This document shows positions 45,894 to 46,256 of a stretch of DNA of 46,256 nt, piece by piece (within the stretch, counting starts at the first letter, position 1; each line of letters starts with the position of its first letter). The stretch lies in IMG/VR virus record IMGVR_UViG_2579779052_000002; one strand, given 5' to 3'. The notes under the pieces are model-generated. The model was not told where the DNA came from and ran no database searches. It saw nothing but the letters and a program-made list of their open reading frames with translations. Made by a program: the position numbers and the translations under genes. Source of the stretch: a virus (lineage: Duplodnaviria > Heunggongvirae > Uroviricota > Caudoviricetes).

Positions 45894-46256
45894 GGTGATG
45901 CTGCCAACTTACTGATTTAGTGTATGATGGTGTTTTTGAGGTGCTCCAGTGGCTTCTGTTTCTATCAGCTGTCCCTCCTGTTCAGCTACTGACGGGGTGG
46001 TGCGTAACGGCAAAAGCACTGCCGGACATCAGCGCTATCTCTGCTCTCACTGCCGTAAAACATGGCAACTGCAGTTCACTTACACCGCTTCTCAACCCGG
46101 TACGCACCAGAAAATCATTGATATGGCCATGAATGGCGTTGGATGCCGGGCAACCGCCCGCATTATGGGCGTTGGCCTCAACACGATTTTCCGCCATTTA
46201 AAAAACTCAGGCCGCAGTCGGTAACCTCGCGCATACAGCCGGGCAGTGACGTCATC
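45894..46256 (+). mobile_element. IS1 insertion sequence, left end and insA (continues beyond window)
   Basis: GGTGATGCTGCCAACTTACTGATTTAGTGTATGATGGTG matches IS1 left inverted repeat as recalled, followed by insA. Confidence 0.9.
45949..46224 (+). CDS. insA: IS1 transposase InsA
   Basis: 91 aa, [91 protein letters not shown]. Confidence 0.95.
   Translation: MASVSISCPSCSATDGVVRNGKSTAGHQRYLCSHCRKTWQLQFTYTASQPGTHQKIIDMAMNGVGCRATARIMGVGLNTIFRHLKNSGRSR

Overview
This window reads as a composite enterobacterial prophage region, with almost all genes on the minus strand. Coordinates 1-29790 are the late region of a lambdoid phage, listed here in transcription order (high to low coordinate): nanS-p-type esterase, phage-21-type pinholin, SAR endolysin, Rz/Rz1, a TonB-C-terminal-domain lipoprotein, HNH endonuclease, small and large terminase, fused prohead protease/major capsid, a portal with a repeat-bearing C-terminal extension, head-tail connectors, and a lambda-like tail (V, G/G-T, H, M, L, K, I, J, lom, stf, start of tfa). 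Directly abutting this at ~29787-29790 is the left half of a P2-like element (29787-45893): spanins, M15 endolysin, holin, X, L, M, N, O on the minus strand, P and Q on the plus strand, a putative cos region, a ParM/ParR-like pair, replication protein A, small early genes, a Cox-like gene and an XRE repressor. No P2 tail genes are present. An IS1 copy (45894 to window end) interrupts an ORF next to the repressor. All calls are from reading the six-frame translations and the DNA by eye; no database search was run, so family assignments rest on recalled motifs and synteny.
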